DNA of 62,857 nt, taken from positions 1 through 62,857 of IMG/VR virus record IMGVR_UViG_3300010293_000004; one strand, written 5' to 3'. Of this stretch, positions 1-12,100 are shown one piece after another. Every line of letters begins with the position of its first letter. The first letter of the stretch is position 1. A program made the translations under genes and the position numbers. The notes under the pieces were generated by a model. That model did no database searches, was not told the DNA's origin, and saw only the letters and a list, made by a program, of their open reading frames with translations. The DNA is from a virus. Lineage: Duplodnaviria > Caudoviricetes.

Positions 1-389
1 GTCTCTGCACTACCATCACTTGCTTCGTGGGTTTTCATGTCGTATACAAATTCTTTTGACCAACAACTCATACCACCGTTGCCATACATTAGGCCGTTAA
101 TCGCATTGCGGGCTTTCCATCGTAACGCACAACCTTCTAACCCCGTTAAATCGAGTTGCAAGTTAAAAAACTCTGGGTCTGGTAAGTTATCACCGTCAAT
201 CAATACAAAAAAATCAGTGTCGCTTGCATCTGCTGCTGCTTTGTGGGCTGCATCCGAACCTTTGACTCCGTCTACACGTTTAGCCCACGGAACCATGTTC
301 TGAATTTTAATCCAAAATTCTTCTTTCTTTGGCTCGTCATACGTCAAAAATATGCAATCTAAATCCGCTATATCTACTAAATTAGTCAT
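1..389 (-). CDS. Glycosyltransferase-like (GT-A fold) protein, runs off window edge
   Basis: Not in the ORF track. ATG at 389, open to the window edge: MTNLVDIADLDCIFLTYDEP...DFFVLIDGDN..., with a DxD motif after a hydrophobic strand. Confidence 0.7.
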   Translation of the reverse strand, partial: MTNLVDIADLDCIFLTYDEPKKEEFWIKIQNMVPWAKRVDGVKGSDAAHKAAADASDTDFFVLIDGDNLPDPEFFNLQLDLTGLEGCALRWKARNAINGLMYGNGGMSCWSKEFVYDMKTHEASDGSAE

Positions 390-402
390 TACCCCTATTC
401 CT

Positions 403-786
403 TTAGTCGTTATCCCAATTCCTTACACACCAATAATCAACTGCATCAGAGAAGCAATGATCTTCGTCTAATACAAAAACATTACTATCTTTTATTGTAA
501 CATATTGTGCAGTATCTTTACTAGTCTTTTTCAGAAGCAACGAGGTTGTTGATACCGCTTGTTTCTTTACTATGTTACCGTTCTTAGCATAATAGTTTGG
601 ACAAAATTCCATAGAGTCATATTGATCTTTAGTGACTGTAATATAAACACCAGTTCCGCCGTCTACACTCTTTGATACACACTCGTTAGTATCTATATTG
701 TAAAACACTCGATATTCTATCACCGGCGGAACATAGGTGTAATTGCTTAGTGCTTCAAACAGATTGTCTTGCGAATTGTTGCTCAT
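403..786 (-). CDS. Hypothetical protein in GT cluster (about 127 aa)
   Basis: ORF track gives 403..861. The ATG at 786 (MSNNSQ) reduces overlap with the upstream gene. Confidence 0.6.
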   Translation of the reverse strand: MSNNSQDNLFEALSNYTYVPPVIEYRVFYNIDTNECVSKSVDGGTGVYITVTKDQYDSMEFCPNYYAKNGNIVKKQAVSTTSLLLKKTSKDTAQYVTIKDSNVFVLDEDHCFSDAVDYWCVRNWDND

Positions 787-1630
787 ATTTTTCGATAATC
801 TCTGGTGTAATAAACTTTTTATTTTGGTAATGGAATGGGTATTGCTGTCTAGTAAATCCAACGGTTAAGTGCAACTCGTCATCAAGTTGGGCATATAACT
901 TTGTAGTCCAATCTGCATTTGTTTCAAATCCGTTGATTGCCCCTTTCATATGAACAAACGTCGGATAAGAAATCACCGGGTTAATACACTTTTCAACACC
1001 TATCATCGATGCTGCAATAGCATATACTACATCAGTTGTTGGTTCCGGGTCTCTACAGTTATTTAACACTTTTGTTCTGTATAGGTCCCAATTTTCAAAA
1101 ATATGCTGTGCATATAAGAAAAATTTCAAACTGTCTTTCCCGAATCGAAAGTACATAAACCCGTTGTAGACATCAGGCAAAAGATTGTCATCAAATAGTT
1201 TTCGATACGCTCGGTTGTTAGATACATTACCTTCATAATCTAATATTTTCGATGTAAGGCATATCTCGCTGTTCTGCATGCCGGACCACCAATGGTCGAT
1301 ACTTCTGGTAAGCAATATGTCTGACTCAATTTTAATAGTTTCTTTAAACGGTGTTAGGTGCCAAGCTTTCCATTCATTCTTTAATTTCCACGAATCGTGT
1401 GCTGCTAAGTCTTCGGGAATGTCAATAATGTAATCAAACACTTTACGGTGTTTATCAGTTATTTGTTGTTTAGTGTTATAGTCCACTGCTACTGCAAAAC
1501 TGTTTATCTTCTGAGTGCACTTAACACTTAATGCTTGTGCATACGCTAACGTTAGATAATCTGTTGTATCGTTATTTTGGGCAAAGGTAAAATACCCTTT
1601 TTGTTCTTTAAACGAGTCTCTGTTTCTCAT
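755..1630 (-). CDS. GT-A-fold glycosyltransferase-like protein (degenerate ExD motif)
   Basis: Paralogous to the adjacent 266-aa ORF (KGY.FA start, TPFKETIKIESD, NGFMYF). Confidence 0.55.
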   Translation of the reverse strand: MRNRDSFKEQKGYFTFAQNNDTTDYLTLAYAQALSVKCTQKINSFAVAVDYNTKQQITDKHRKVFDYIIDIPEDLAAHDSWKLKNEWKAWHLTPFKETIKIESDILLTRSIDHWWSGMQNSEICLTSKILDYEGNVSNNRAYRKLFDDNLLPDVYNGFMYFRFGKDSLKFFLYAQHIFENWDLYRTKVLNNCRDPEPTTDVVYAIAASMIGVEKCINPVISYPTFVHMKGAINGFETNADWTTKLYAQLDDELHLTVGFTRQQYPFHYQNKKFITPEIIEKYEQQFARQSV

Positions 1631-2427
1631 AATTTAGGAACCACTACTAATTGACTTAAATCGTTTTTATTCATAATGTGTAAGTCAGTGTTTTTTATTT
1701 TACATACCTTATCACCAACTTTGTAAGTTAATGATTCGTCGACTAAGTTAAAATCAACTAATTCAACCGAGGTGTCAACTGTAAAAATAGACCCCAAAAT
1801 AGCAGAATGATTCTTAGTACTGTATCCCGATAATACCTGCAATGCTATACTTAACGAGAAATCGTTACGATACACAGTCTCATTAAAATGATACAACCTT
1901 GCATAGTATGAAAAGTGTTTCTTAATGTGTTGCATCATTCCAAACACACTCTCTGCAAACTTGTTCTTTGTAAAGTACATTACGGTTGCCCATTGCATAG
2001 GAATAGAAATAGGAGATACCCGTTTACACGATTCTAAACGTTTCTGGTTAGTAACGTCAAATGCTTTGTTATAACATGCAAACTCTAAATCGGTATCAAA
2101 CAAGTAACTAAGAGACTTACTACATACAAAATAATCTGCGTCAACCACTAATGTTTGGTCGTATGGTGATAACTTATATGCGTCAAATCGATTAGTGTTT
2201 AGCCATTTTACCACCCGCTGCGAGTTAGTATCTTTAAACGTTCGAGATTGTTCCTCTACATCGGTGAGTTTAATTACTTGGTCAAAGCACGAGAACGACA
2301 CATCTACATTAGTAACTAATGTTACAGGTATACCCAGATGTCTCTTAATCTGGAGGGCCGATGCTGCTGCTATGTCTGTGTAGCAATAGTCGGCATCAAA
2401 CGCAAATATCAACGCACCTTTAGACAT
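1627..2427 (-). CDS. GT-A-fold (GT8-like) glycosyltransferase-like protein
   Basis: SPYDQTLVVDADY DxD motif; WATVMYF and RND motifs. Confidence 0.6.
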   Translation of the reverse strand: MSKGALIFAFDADYCYTDIAAASALQIKRHLGIPVTLVTNVDVSFSCFDQVIKLTDVEEQSRTFKDTNSQRVVKWLNTNRFDAYKLSPYDQTLVVDADYFVCSKSLSYLFDTDLEFACYNKAFDVTNQKRLESCKRVSPISIPMQWATVMYFTKNKFAESVFGMMQHIKKHFSYYARLYHFNETVYRNDFSLSIALQVLSGYSTKNHSAILGSIFTVDTSVELVDFNLVDESLTYKVGDKVCKIKNTDLHIMNKNDLSQLVVVPKL

Positions 2428-2740
2428 TCAACAATTTTCGAACTTTCTTGTATTCTTCGAATTCTACATACCATGCATTCATTGCAACTTGATAGGCTTC
2501 TCTTAATGCGGTTAACAAACTTTTTCGGTCTACTTCAATTGGGTTATCGTGCAAATCTGCCAAAAATATCTGGTCTACTTCCCAACAATTTAAAAATGAT
2601 ATTAGCTCAGGCGATGCTTTAAAAACGCCGCCGTTATGGGTAACACAAAGGTGCTGTTCAGTGCGTTCTCTCATAGCTAACCTATGAGTTGCGTGATCAA
2701 AGCGAGCATTTGCTAACTCAACATAATCTACTATGCTCAT
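2420..2740 (-). CDS. Hypothetical protein
   Basis: 106-aa ORF with an AGGAG RBS, overlapping the next gene. Confidence 0.7.
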   Translation of the reverse strand: MSIVDYVELANARFDHATHRLAMRERTEQHLCVTHNGGVFKASPELISFLNCWEVDQIFLADLHDNPIEVDRKSLLTALREAYQVAMNAWYVEFEEYKKVRKLLNV

Positions 2741-2777
2741 ATAGACTCCTTAAAATTTAATTATATAGAATAAAAAG

Positions 2778-2809
2778 ATAAAAATAAAGGCCTTCCGGCC
2801 TTTATTTTA
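2778..2809. terminator. Intrinsic, probably bidirectional terminator
   Basis: Perfect inverted repeat ataaaataaaggcc-ttcc-ggcctttattttat; the loop reads GGAA on the minus strand. Confidence 0.8.
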
Positions 2810-2837
2810 TGTGTATTGCTTGTTTTGGTTAAACTGA

Positions 2838-3800
2838 TTAGCTTGATACTACGCTGCCACCAGTAGATGGTGTGCCCCATGTTGCTGAACCAATGTGTGT
2901 TGTTGGTGGTGCACTTAAAACCAACGACGTTGTAGCGGTGCCGTCTGCTGTTTGTTGGAAAGTATTTGCATAATCGTTTTCCCAATATGTTTCAAATGTT
3001 AACACTGGGGAACCACCGTTTTCTGCGGTCCCAGACCACTTAACATCAACTTGAATGTAATTAATGGTGTATGGTGCTGTATCAGCATACATTCTAGCAT
3101 GAGTTGTTGCAGTTGTTGACAGATTCCAATAACCACCGTTGCCTGCGTTACGAATAACGTTGTATGCTGGTGCTCCTGAACCTGGGGTGCCTGTGGTATT
3201 TAAGTAGCCAAATGTAATAGTACCCATCTTAGTACATAAGTCAGTCCACTCGCTGTTGCGTGTTGTAGCTGAACCGCCGCTACGTGAGAATGTTAACTTA
3301 ACCTTGCCGCCTGCATTAAAGAAGTAACGGGCTGCGTTGCCGCTTGCAAAAGTAACAGTCTGGGTGAATAATAAACGACGGTGTCCGCTGCCGCCCCAAG
3401 CTGCTGTAAATTGTGTGTTTAGTGCTGACCCGTCTGTTGTTGAAGCAACTGATCCAGCACCGTTAAATGCGTTAGTAACTCCAGTCTGGATGCTATTGTA
3501 GTAAGTAATTAAGTTACCAGCGGTCACGCTTGACGGAGTAATTACTGATCCACCTTGGTGTGCTAACGCATTGTTAACCCCTTGGATCATACCAGTCCAT
3601 TGTGCTGCTGTTACTATTGACCCGGCAGTTACTTGTGTAAAGTTGCTTGTTGATGCGCCGTAACCATATCTACCAGTACCAACACCCCAAACTGCTGCTA
3701 GGTTTGCTGGGGTAGTAACATATGTACCGCCTGTGGGTGTGCCCCATGCTAACGTGTTGTAGTCAGCATCGTCGATTAAACCGCCTTGTGAGTAAGCCAT
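2838..3800 (-). CDS. Virion structural (tail/fibre-associated) protein
   Basis: Gly/Thr/Ser-rich; TATAAATA at 3822-3829; AAGGA RBS; lies in the tail block. Confidence 0.6.
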   Translation of the reverse strand: MAYSQGGLIDDADYNTLAWGTPTGGTYVTTPANLAAVWGVGTGRYGYGASTSNFTQVTAGSIVTAAQWTGMIQGVNNALAHQGGSVITPSSVTAGNLITYYNSIQTGVTNAFNGAGSVASTTDGSALNTQFTAAWGGSGHRRLLFTQTVTFASGNAARYFFNAGGKVKLTFSRSGGSATTRNSEWTDLCTKMGTITFGYLNTTGTPGSGAPAYNVIRNAGNGGYWNLSTTATTHARMYADTAPYTINYIQVDVKWSGTAENGGSPVLTFETYWENDYANTFQQTADGTATTSLVLSAPPTTHIGSATWGTPSTGGSVVSS

Positions 3801-3851
3801 AATGTTTTCCTTTATTTCTGTTATTTATATTGTGATGAAGTAGTTATTAAA

Positions 3852-5333
3852 TTATGTATTAAGTTTAACAACTGCTTCTACTGTACCTTCGCTTGATGAT
3901 TCTTTCGATTGTAATGCACGACCAATTACATTAAACGGAGTGATTTCATCTTTAGTTGCTGCTCTTGCTAATCCGTTACCTGCACTAACTAAACGGTCGC
4001 CTTTACGGACTATACCAATAACACGAACCGGAACACGGCCTTGAACTGCAATCGGTGGGTGGGTTTCGTTATTACCTGCACCAGCATTCATTAAGTATGC
4101 TGCATTTGTACTAACTACACCAAACACATTATCGCTCATTGCTTCTGCAACTGCGGTGATTTCCTTAGTACCGCCTAACTCAACAACTGTTCCTGGAACA
4201 TACGTAGCATCAGCTTCAAAGCGTTCTGCTAAGTCAGCGTATTGTGCTGTAACCGCAGTACCGTTGAATGTAGTAGCATACATTGTGTTAAAGCGTGTTG
4301 AAGCTGAACCAAAATTGTAAGTATTGTTAGCGCCTGGAACGAGGTTGCCAGTAATGGTGTTTGAACCATCACGTGCTAATGCTGTGCTTCCTACACCAGT
4401 AAGCTGACTGTCGACATAATGTTTAGTTGCAATACCTAGCGCAGTTGTGGGGCTCCCTACAACCGTTAATAACCCAGTAGTGCCAGCTATGCCTAATGCT
4501 TGGGTTGCTACTCCGCCAACGTTAACAAAGAATCGCAGGTCTTTTCCTAAGTCATTGCTTATTAGATTAACAGAGTTAGATCCAACATTAACAGTAAAAT
4601 TATTACTTGTGCCAACTGTTAGACCTGTGCTATTTGATATAGTTACTGGTTGCGTAAAAGTAGTTGCAACATTCGATCTTACATATTCATTCGCTGCAAA
4701 GCCGCCTAACGAAAGAGCGTTTTCTGACGCACCATAATATGCTAATGCTGGCGAAATAGTTGCTAAATTAAAGCCTGGCTTCAGAACTGTGAACCCCGGT
4801 AAACCGTTAACTTGAAATGCTACGTCTTTACTTAAAACTGCTACTAATACGTTAGCAATAAAGAACTTAACAATAACATGGCTAAGACCGTCGTTTGCTC
4901 CAGTAACAACATCCGCAACCGGTCCCGATTGCCCTTGTGTTGCAGTATAAGCTGGACCAACAACTACCCAAGTTGAGCCAGAATAAATTTTTAACTGGCC
5001 ATTTGCGGTGTCCCACCATAAATCACCGGTGATACCACTGGATGGTGCTGCTGCTGAAGACGTAGAGCTACTAACAGTTTTCCATGTTGTGCCGCTATAA
5101 ACCTTAAGTAGTTTTCCTGTGCTATCCCACCAAACTTGACCTTCAAGTGGATTAGCTGGTGAGGTTGAGCTAGAGAAATTTTCTAATAAATGAACGAAGT
5201 TCTCGTTTAGAAACTCTCCGTAACCAGCAAAGTTTTTACCAATTAAAACTAAGCTAGTATATGTAGTATCTGTTGTTCCATCAGCAACGGTAACTAAATT
5301 TTGACCGTTTGACCGAGTAATGTTATATGCCAT
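3852..5333 (-). CDS. Baseplate/tail fibre protein with C-terminal intramolecular-chaperone (peptidase G2/IMC-like) domain
   Basis: N-terminal LIGKNFAGYGEFLNENFVHLLENF; repeated G.LWWD motifs; C-terminal YADLAERFEAD...GTVV...GRVPV. Confidence 0.65.
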   Translation of the reverse strand: MAYNITRSNGQNLVTVADGTTDTTYTSLVLIGKNFAGYGEFLNENFVHLLENFSSSTSPANPLEGQVWWDSTGKLLKVYSGTTWKTVSSSTSSAAAPSSGITGDLWWDTANGQLKIYSGSTWVVVGPAYTATQGQSGPVADVVTGANDGLSHVIVKFFIANVLVAVLSKDVAFQVNGLPGFTVLKPGFNLATISPALAYYGASENALSLGGFAANEYVRSNVATTFTQPVTISNSTGLTVGTSNNFTVNVGSNSVNLISNDLGKDLRFFVNVGGVATQALGIAGTTGLLTVVGSPTTALGIATKHYVDSQLTGVGSTALARDGSNTITGNLVPGANNTYNFGSASTRFNTMYATTFNGTAVTAQYADLAERFEADATYVPGTVVELGGTKEITAVAEAMSDNVFGVVSTNAAYLMNAGAGNNETHPPIAVQGRVPVRVIGIVRKGDRLVSAGNGLARAATKDEITPFNVIGRALQSKESSSEGTVEAVVKLNT

Positions 5334-5391
5334 GTAAAGACTCCGAATTTAAAATTATTTATGCAACTTCATAATATAAGTGTTTTTCCTG

Positions 5392-6003
5392 CTATTTCTG
5401 TAAGGTTAAATTAGTTAACGACTGGATTCGAATAGTGTAATCAATTTGAATCAATCGATTTAAAGATTTTTGTACTGGATGGAACACAACGTGAGTTAAT
5501 AGTTTACCGGTACCTACGCCGTCCGAAGACCACCCTTTAATGCCCAACTCATCAAACACATACGATCCGTCTAAGTTTTGGCTGTTGTCAAATGCTGCTT
5601 GTCCAGCTGGCTCACCGTAATCTAACAAACAACTAATTAGCACGTCAGAAAACACTTCCCCTGGCACATGACGTACTTCGATTTTGTTGCGAAGTATATC
5701 TTGGTTAAATGTGCTAGTGTTATCAACAATCTTAAAATAAGTAGGATTGTAAAGTTCTGCGTTCTGCGTATTTGTATTAGTAGGAAGATAGTTAATCACC
5801 CCGGTCGGGTCAACGTTTGTACCACCGTTCCCAAAATGCATCTCATATGCGTACCCTGTTCCTTTATTAGCAAAATTGTATGCTAATGCTTCTGAAATAT
5901 TTTCGTAATGAATAGCATTGTCTTTATCGACTAAAATTTCTCCCGACTCAGGATCAGATATTGTAATATGCCCAACTACACTAAACGCTGCGATTGATTT
6001 CAT
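5392..6003 (-). CDS. Conserved baseplate/tail structural protein; ends in TAG
   Basis: 203-aa ORF in the baseplate block, with FDELG...THVVFHPVQKS. Confidence 0.6.
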   Translation of the reverse strand: MKSIAAFSVVGHITISDPESGEILVDKDNAIHYENISEALAYNFANKGTGYAYEMHFGNGGTNVDPTGVINYLPTNTNTQNAELYNPTYFKIVDNTSTFNQDILRNKIEVRHVPGEVFSDVLISCLLDYGEPAGQAAFDNSQNLDGSYVFDELGIKGWSSDGVGTGKLLTHVVFHPVQKSLNRLIQIDYTIRIQSLTNLTLQK

Positions 6004-6146
6004 TATGCTCTTCCTGCAAAAAATACTTCTTCTGTTTCTGGATCAAATATCTTAACATGAGCTTGCACAAAAATGCCGGACGATTCGTCAGGTTTCTTTT
6101 CTTGTGACTTAACCTCTTCGTTATTAACTTCTTGCTTTGTTTCCAT
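6003..6146 (-). CDS. Small hypothetical protein (about 47 aa)
   Basis: The likely start ATG at 6146 lies 5 nt after TAAATA (6152-6157). Its C-terminus HVKIFDPETEEV resembles the N-terminus of the next gene (HITISDPESGEI). Confidence 0.6.
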   Translation of the reverse strand: METKQEVNNEEVKSQEKKPDESSGIFVQAHVKIFDPETEEVFFAGRA

Positions 6147-6165
6147 TATGTTATTTATCATACTT

Positions 6166-9100
6166 TTAACCTGGATCATAACTATCAAAAGGCACTTCGT
6201 CAAACATTTTTTCTGAGAATCTATCAGTTAACATATCTGGATTTACCCAAATAACGTCGTCAGATGGTAACCAAGGTACATAACTCGGGCTTGCTTTAAT
6301 AAACATAGCCTGTGGTTGAGAACTAAAATCTAAACCTTGACCGTCAACTACATAACCGATCTGTGACGGATTTAACCAGGTGTTAACATCTGGATTTTCT
6401 GGAATCCGTTGCTCAATTGATCCATCCGATACAATACTATAATATGGGTGCACTGTTGGAGCACCAGTTCCACTAACTGCACGACGAATTTGCTTTAGTA
6501 CGTTCCGTAATCGATCAATTTCGTAGTAAGTAATCTTTTCACCGTTAATAAAAACTACTCCCGGGTTCAAATTCTCTTTGCTCGGCTCTGGTAACATCGA
6601 AGTGTTAGACACTACAATTTCCGAGTCAGTAATGTGCAACGGTTCAGCAAGGTTAACAGTATGCGCCTCAGAAATACGATAATATTCTCGATTATCACTC
6701 ACATCAGGAACCATAAACACCTCAATTAATGCACCGTCCTCTGGAGCACTATTAAACAATACTTTTCCGTTAAAGAACAAGAATTCTGAATTATCTAAAA
6801 CAGTTATGTCGTTTGATGAGGTAATCTTAATAACCTCAAGTTCATTAAAGATAACATATGTATCTCTTGACCCATCGCCCACAAATCGGTATGATGTTAT
6901 ATATGTCTTAGGCATAGTGTTTTGATAAACTGAGAATTCAACAATTTCGTCATCACCTAACACATTGTCAAAAATTATTCGTCCTGGTTCAAGTCTTAAA
7001 CCGATAGTGTACTCAGTATTACCAAACGAAACATCATCCGACGTTAATACTAAGTCAAAATGCTCGCCGACATCCGGAACTGTTAAGTCAAGAGACGTAG
7101 TTGCCCACAAACCATTCTCTGTGTTTTGAACCTTCTTCTTTAGTAACCTAATACTGTAAGAGAAGCCGTTGCCATAGATTAACGGGAATTCTTGCTGTAA
7201 TCCGTCACCGGTAAATGTACACTTAGGTGTGTTTACTCTAGCCGACATACTATGGAAAATACGGTATCCCAATGTATAGTCGTGGTTTGTGAGGGTAAAC
7301 ACTCTCATCTCTAATGTGTCAAACACTATACCTGGGACTAATTCTTCAGGGGCATGACTGTGGTACTTATCAACAAAGTGGTTACCTGACAACGTCACGT
7401 CTTCTGGGCGAACACCCAATGCGCTATCTTCTAAGTTACTTCTAATAATAGTGTCGATGTTAGTGTTTACAGTATCTTGCGGATAACCAGTATCAACTCC
7501 GTCGCTGAATGGTAAGCCTAACACATTGTTTCCAGGAAACTCAATACCATAGAATAACTGTGCTAGATCTTTTCCAGGCATTCCAATTTTTGGATTATAA
7601 TATGCCATAACTCGATCGTTAGCATTAGTAAACTCAGATGGATTAATCAATCTAAACTTAGTATAGTCAAAGTATGTAGTTGGAGAAACTGCATGTTCTG
7701 CAATATATGCACCACCGTTAAACGAAACAATTGACCCAACATCATAACTAGAATTCTTATCCCAATCAGTTATTTCTGATGAGTATGTAATTCTATCAAA
7801 CTTAATAGTCGATGATATAGATCTGATTTTGTTGTTAGAAAGCATAGCATATGCTTTTCCGCCAACCCCGTTACCATTGATTATAACTTGAGGAATTGAT
7901 GTATATCCGTATCCTGGATCTTCAACAAGAATTTGTGTTATTGCCCCAGTGTAGTAATCAATGAGTGCTCGGGCTTTCGCTCCAATTCCGTTGCCGCCAA
8001 CTAAAGTCACTGTTGGTTCAATGGTATATCCAACTCCTTGATTTTGTATTACAATCTCACCAATGGTACTAGTGTAATTCTCTCTCCAAAACTTGTACTC
8101 GTCCCTCTTGATAATTTCTTCGTCCCTTGCATGTTCGAAGTTCGGGCTTCGATAAGTTTTAAGGTCTTCGTCGTAGTACGGCGGTAAATCGAAATCTGAA
8201 GTCTCAAGAACCGCATCGTCTAATGCTTCGTAGTTAAGTAAGTATTCTCTAATTTTTGTCCGATATGGCTTAACTTCATTGATGTAATCCCGATAATATT
8301 CCTGGTTATCTTTGATGTAGTTAGGAAATTCCTCTAACTTTCGTAATTTGTGAATGATCGAAATAAAGCTAGTTTTAAACAACCAGTCATTGTCTCGATT
8401 TTCTGCCAGCGAATAATTCATTAATGAGAAAAATAGTTTATTAAACTCGACCGACAAGTTCCTAACGAAAATATGATCTCGTATAGTTTCGAAAATGCAT
8501 CTAAATTCTTTCGACACATCAAGGTCAAATCTTCCGCTATCAAAGAAGTCCGAACTGAAACCAAAAGGATCTGGTGCGCCGCTAAATAAACTAGACGACA
8601 GCTCGATTGTTCCGTTTTGTAGTACTTTCAATTCCTTAGACAAGTTACTGGATATTCCATAAACCATAAACTGCCCTTGACCGTTGTTATTAACTCGTAC
8701 TAAGTCACCAGCTTTTAAGTGTAGTTTATACATGTCTTTTTCTAAGTCAACTGTATATGTTGGCATCAAAGTGACATTAAACCCTTCTTTAACCCAATCT
8801 ACAAACTTCCACATTTTAGATGTATCATAACTCTGGATCTGATCTAAGACTAACGAAGGGACAAATTCTGTGCCGTTCCATACTACTGTCACTTTATAGA
8901 TAGTCCACAAGTTGTCGAACTCGTAATCTCGTTCGACTAAAATTTTATATTCTTGTGGGGTTTCTGTGTCGAACGTGTAATTACCAAACTTATCTGCGCC
9001 GAAACCAACAAATAGCCCAGAATGTGGAAGATTGTACTTATTAATGTACTCTAATTCGTCTCGATCTGCAACTTTAAGGTTCCATACCTCGTCTCGTTCG

Positions 9101-12100
9101 CTGGGAGGTAAATCGCTTCGGTACAACCCTTGTATATTAAATTGTGCAGCAATCGGATGTTTAGAAAATACATTGTTTACAAATGTAACAAAGTTTTGTG
9201 CTGCTCGAGTCCGATCAGAAAACATCGACTGTCGAGGACGAACACTAATTCCGTATCTTTCAGATTTCTTTAAGGTAACATCAGGAACATTACGATCAGC
9301 AGTATCCTTACCTGTCAAGCTGTCGACTAACTTATTCACTAGTTTAGTTGGCAAGATAGCATTATAATTTCCTTCTTGCAATAGCTCAAACTCACTATGT
9401 GTCGGGGTTTTATTTAAATGTTCTGAGAACTCAATGTGTAAGACTGTTTTGTCACTATTTAACATGTTATTATAGTTAAATAGTCCAACCGCACTGCTGC
9501 TTAAGATTGCAGCATACGGAATTCCTTGCCCTTGTGGATTATTAATTATATCAGCAATTACTGCTACTGGATGAGATTTGTCTTTGCTTGTGTTATTCTT
9601 CTTATCTTTTACCCAGAAGTAATATTTGCTTTGTAAGCTATTTGTTACTGGATGAACATAAAACATCTCTACATAAGCAGAGTCGTCTTCGTACTTCGGA
9701 ATACCGTCAGAGCCGTGCTCGACATATTTCGACGGTAATACATCGCTTTCTACCCACTCTAATACTTCAATAGTAGAACCCGGAAAGACTCGACCCCAAT
9801 TCGCTAACCTATAAGATAGAGAACCTTGTTCGTAGTCTACGTATCTAACTAAATCTAAATTCCACCACACTTTACCAACTTGGAAGTCGCTCCAGTGATA
9901 GTCATTGAACAGAGCGAAGCTGGGATTAGTCGTTCGATTATATGCTGCCGGGTCAACTGTTGTTTTATAGTCAATATCTTGTTCAGCAATTCCAAGTATC
10001 TTTCCTTTAACTGGATCAATATAATCCAAGTAATTTAAAATAGTATTAGAATCCGAGTTATACACAAACAGTTCGTTAACATAGTTATAGTCTACTTTTG
10101 GACTTTCACTTTTAACTTTTTCCCACCCTTTAACTTTAGATAAATTAGTAAAACTATACACTCTCCCAATGTCAACACTATCCCCTTCATCGTCATACGG
10201 GGCACTAGTAACAATGTAATGACCTGCGATATCTATCGAATAACCAAATTGGTCGTATGATTTAATGTCCGGATTATATAATAACTGTACGTACCCAAAC
10301 TTGCTTGAATTTCCGTAAATATTATTTGCGTTATGCATTAACTCAAATACATATACTGACCCGCTCTTATGTGTTCTATCATAGAAATATGTAGTTCTGT
10401 TATCAAATACTGTAGTTTTATTGTCGAATACACTCTGACTTACTAAGTCAGCGTACTTGCTTTCGCACAACAGCGTTTCACTAATTGCATCATATTTCAC
10501 CGCACTGCCGAATAGTTCATTACTTCGGAATTCAGCCATTGGATACTTTATTTCTTGTAATTCAACAATAAGGTTGAACGATAGCTCATTAAATAAATTG
10601 CCAGACCCCGGAAGAATAGCCAGGACAGAATTCTTCCCAACTGAGGTGAGCGTTAAGTACCCGTTATCGTTTGTGGCAGTAACCCCTGGGATATCCGAAT
10701 AGTTAATTACATTTACAAAATCATCTAACGTTGGGGTTGGTATATAGATCCCAACATCAACCCCGTTGATAAAAATTGATCCGCCAGGTGTTAACACAGG
10801 GTCTTGTTCAACCGTAGTTATGGTATTAAACTCTGCTGCAATGTCGGCAAAATAACGCACTACTCCGCTCTTATAAGAATTTTCAGTATAATAAGGAGAT
10901 CCCACAAACATCTTTTTACCGTCTGGAGACATGTCAACTGATGTTCCGAATTGTGCATTATACACAACTTTTCTTGGTTCAAGTACTTTTATTAAAGAAA
11001 ACCCACTAGTTGTTCTGCCATAAACATATGCTGCCCCAGCATGTTCTATTGGGATATTAGTCGCAATATCAACTGCATCTTCGCCTGGGGCGCCAACAAT
11101 TAACTTAGAACCATCATAGTTCGTTTTAATGCTAACTCCATACATAGCATCTAACGACTGTACACCGTAGTTAGCTCCGTCTAACGTGCTATCGAACTTA
11201 AAGAACGATCGAATAGTTACTTTAAGTTGCACAGCCCCAGGGTCTACATTAAACTTTAGTAAATTGCCAGTGAATGTATAATGCACTCCTGGAAGGTATG
11301 TGCTAATGTCAGATGTTATAGTTGTTGATTGCTGATTAGCAATCAAGAATGGAACCGTTTCTCCACTAAACATTGGGTTTGTGTCGAAATATATAGACGA
11401 ATCATCTAAAATAAATTGCTCTTCTACTATCTCTTCTAACTTATAACTATAAACCTTGTTTACCTCAGAAGCTCCGATATACAACCATTTACTGTCGCCG
11501 CTTATGCTAACGCTATCCCCAAATTTCTCATTAGCAGGTTGTTCGATTCTTTGTGATAATACCAATGTACCAGAGGAAACTCTATTATAGATATATACTT
11601 CCCCAGCTACCGTCGAGGTCCCAGGGGCCGAAACTATAGCAAATCGATCCGACATGTCAATGCATTCACCAAAATCTTTAGTAGTAGGCAGTACCGGACT
11701 TAAGGTTTGAATTTCGTTTGCTGTTGTATTCTCAGGAGTGACTGTTCTAAAATATGTTTTGACCTCACCCTGGCCGCTATTCACTTTAGGGCGACTAACC
11801 ATCACAAATTTTGCGTCAGAAGATAACTTAATTGTGGTGCCGTACTGATCTAAGTTAACCGCGGTTGACTCGTCAACCGCGTATTGCTCAGTGCTTACCC
11901 ACGGTTCGTTCTTATTAAATACTCCCCAATTTTTGTTTGGGCTAGCTTCGTCGACCCATACCTTGTCAATGGTTTTCCAGTTATGTATCGGAGTATAATC
12001 AACAATATCGCTCATCTGTTTAAATCTGAGAGAGATCATCTTATATAAAATTGCCCTTCCAGATAATGTTTCTTTCTCTTTAAACTCAGCAAGAGCAATG

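Noticed and set aside
5359-5394. TAG read-through of the 203-aa gene
   Set aside because: It would add only 11 residues before a TAA, with no fusion.
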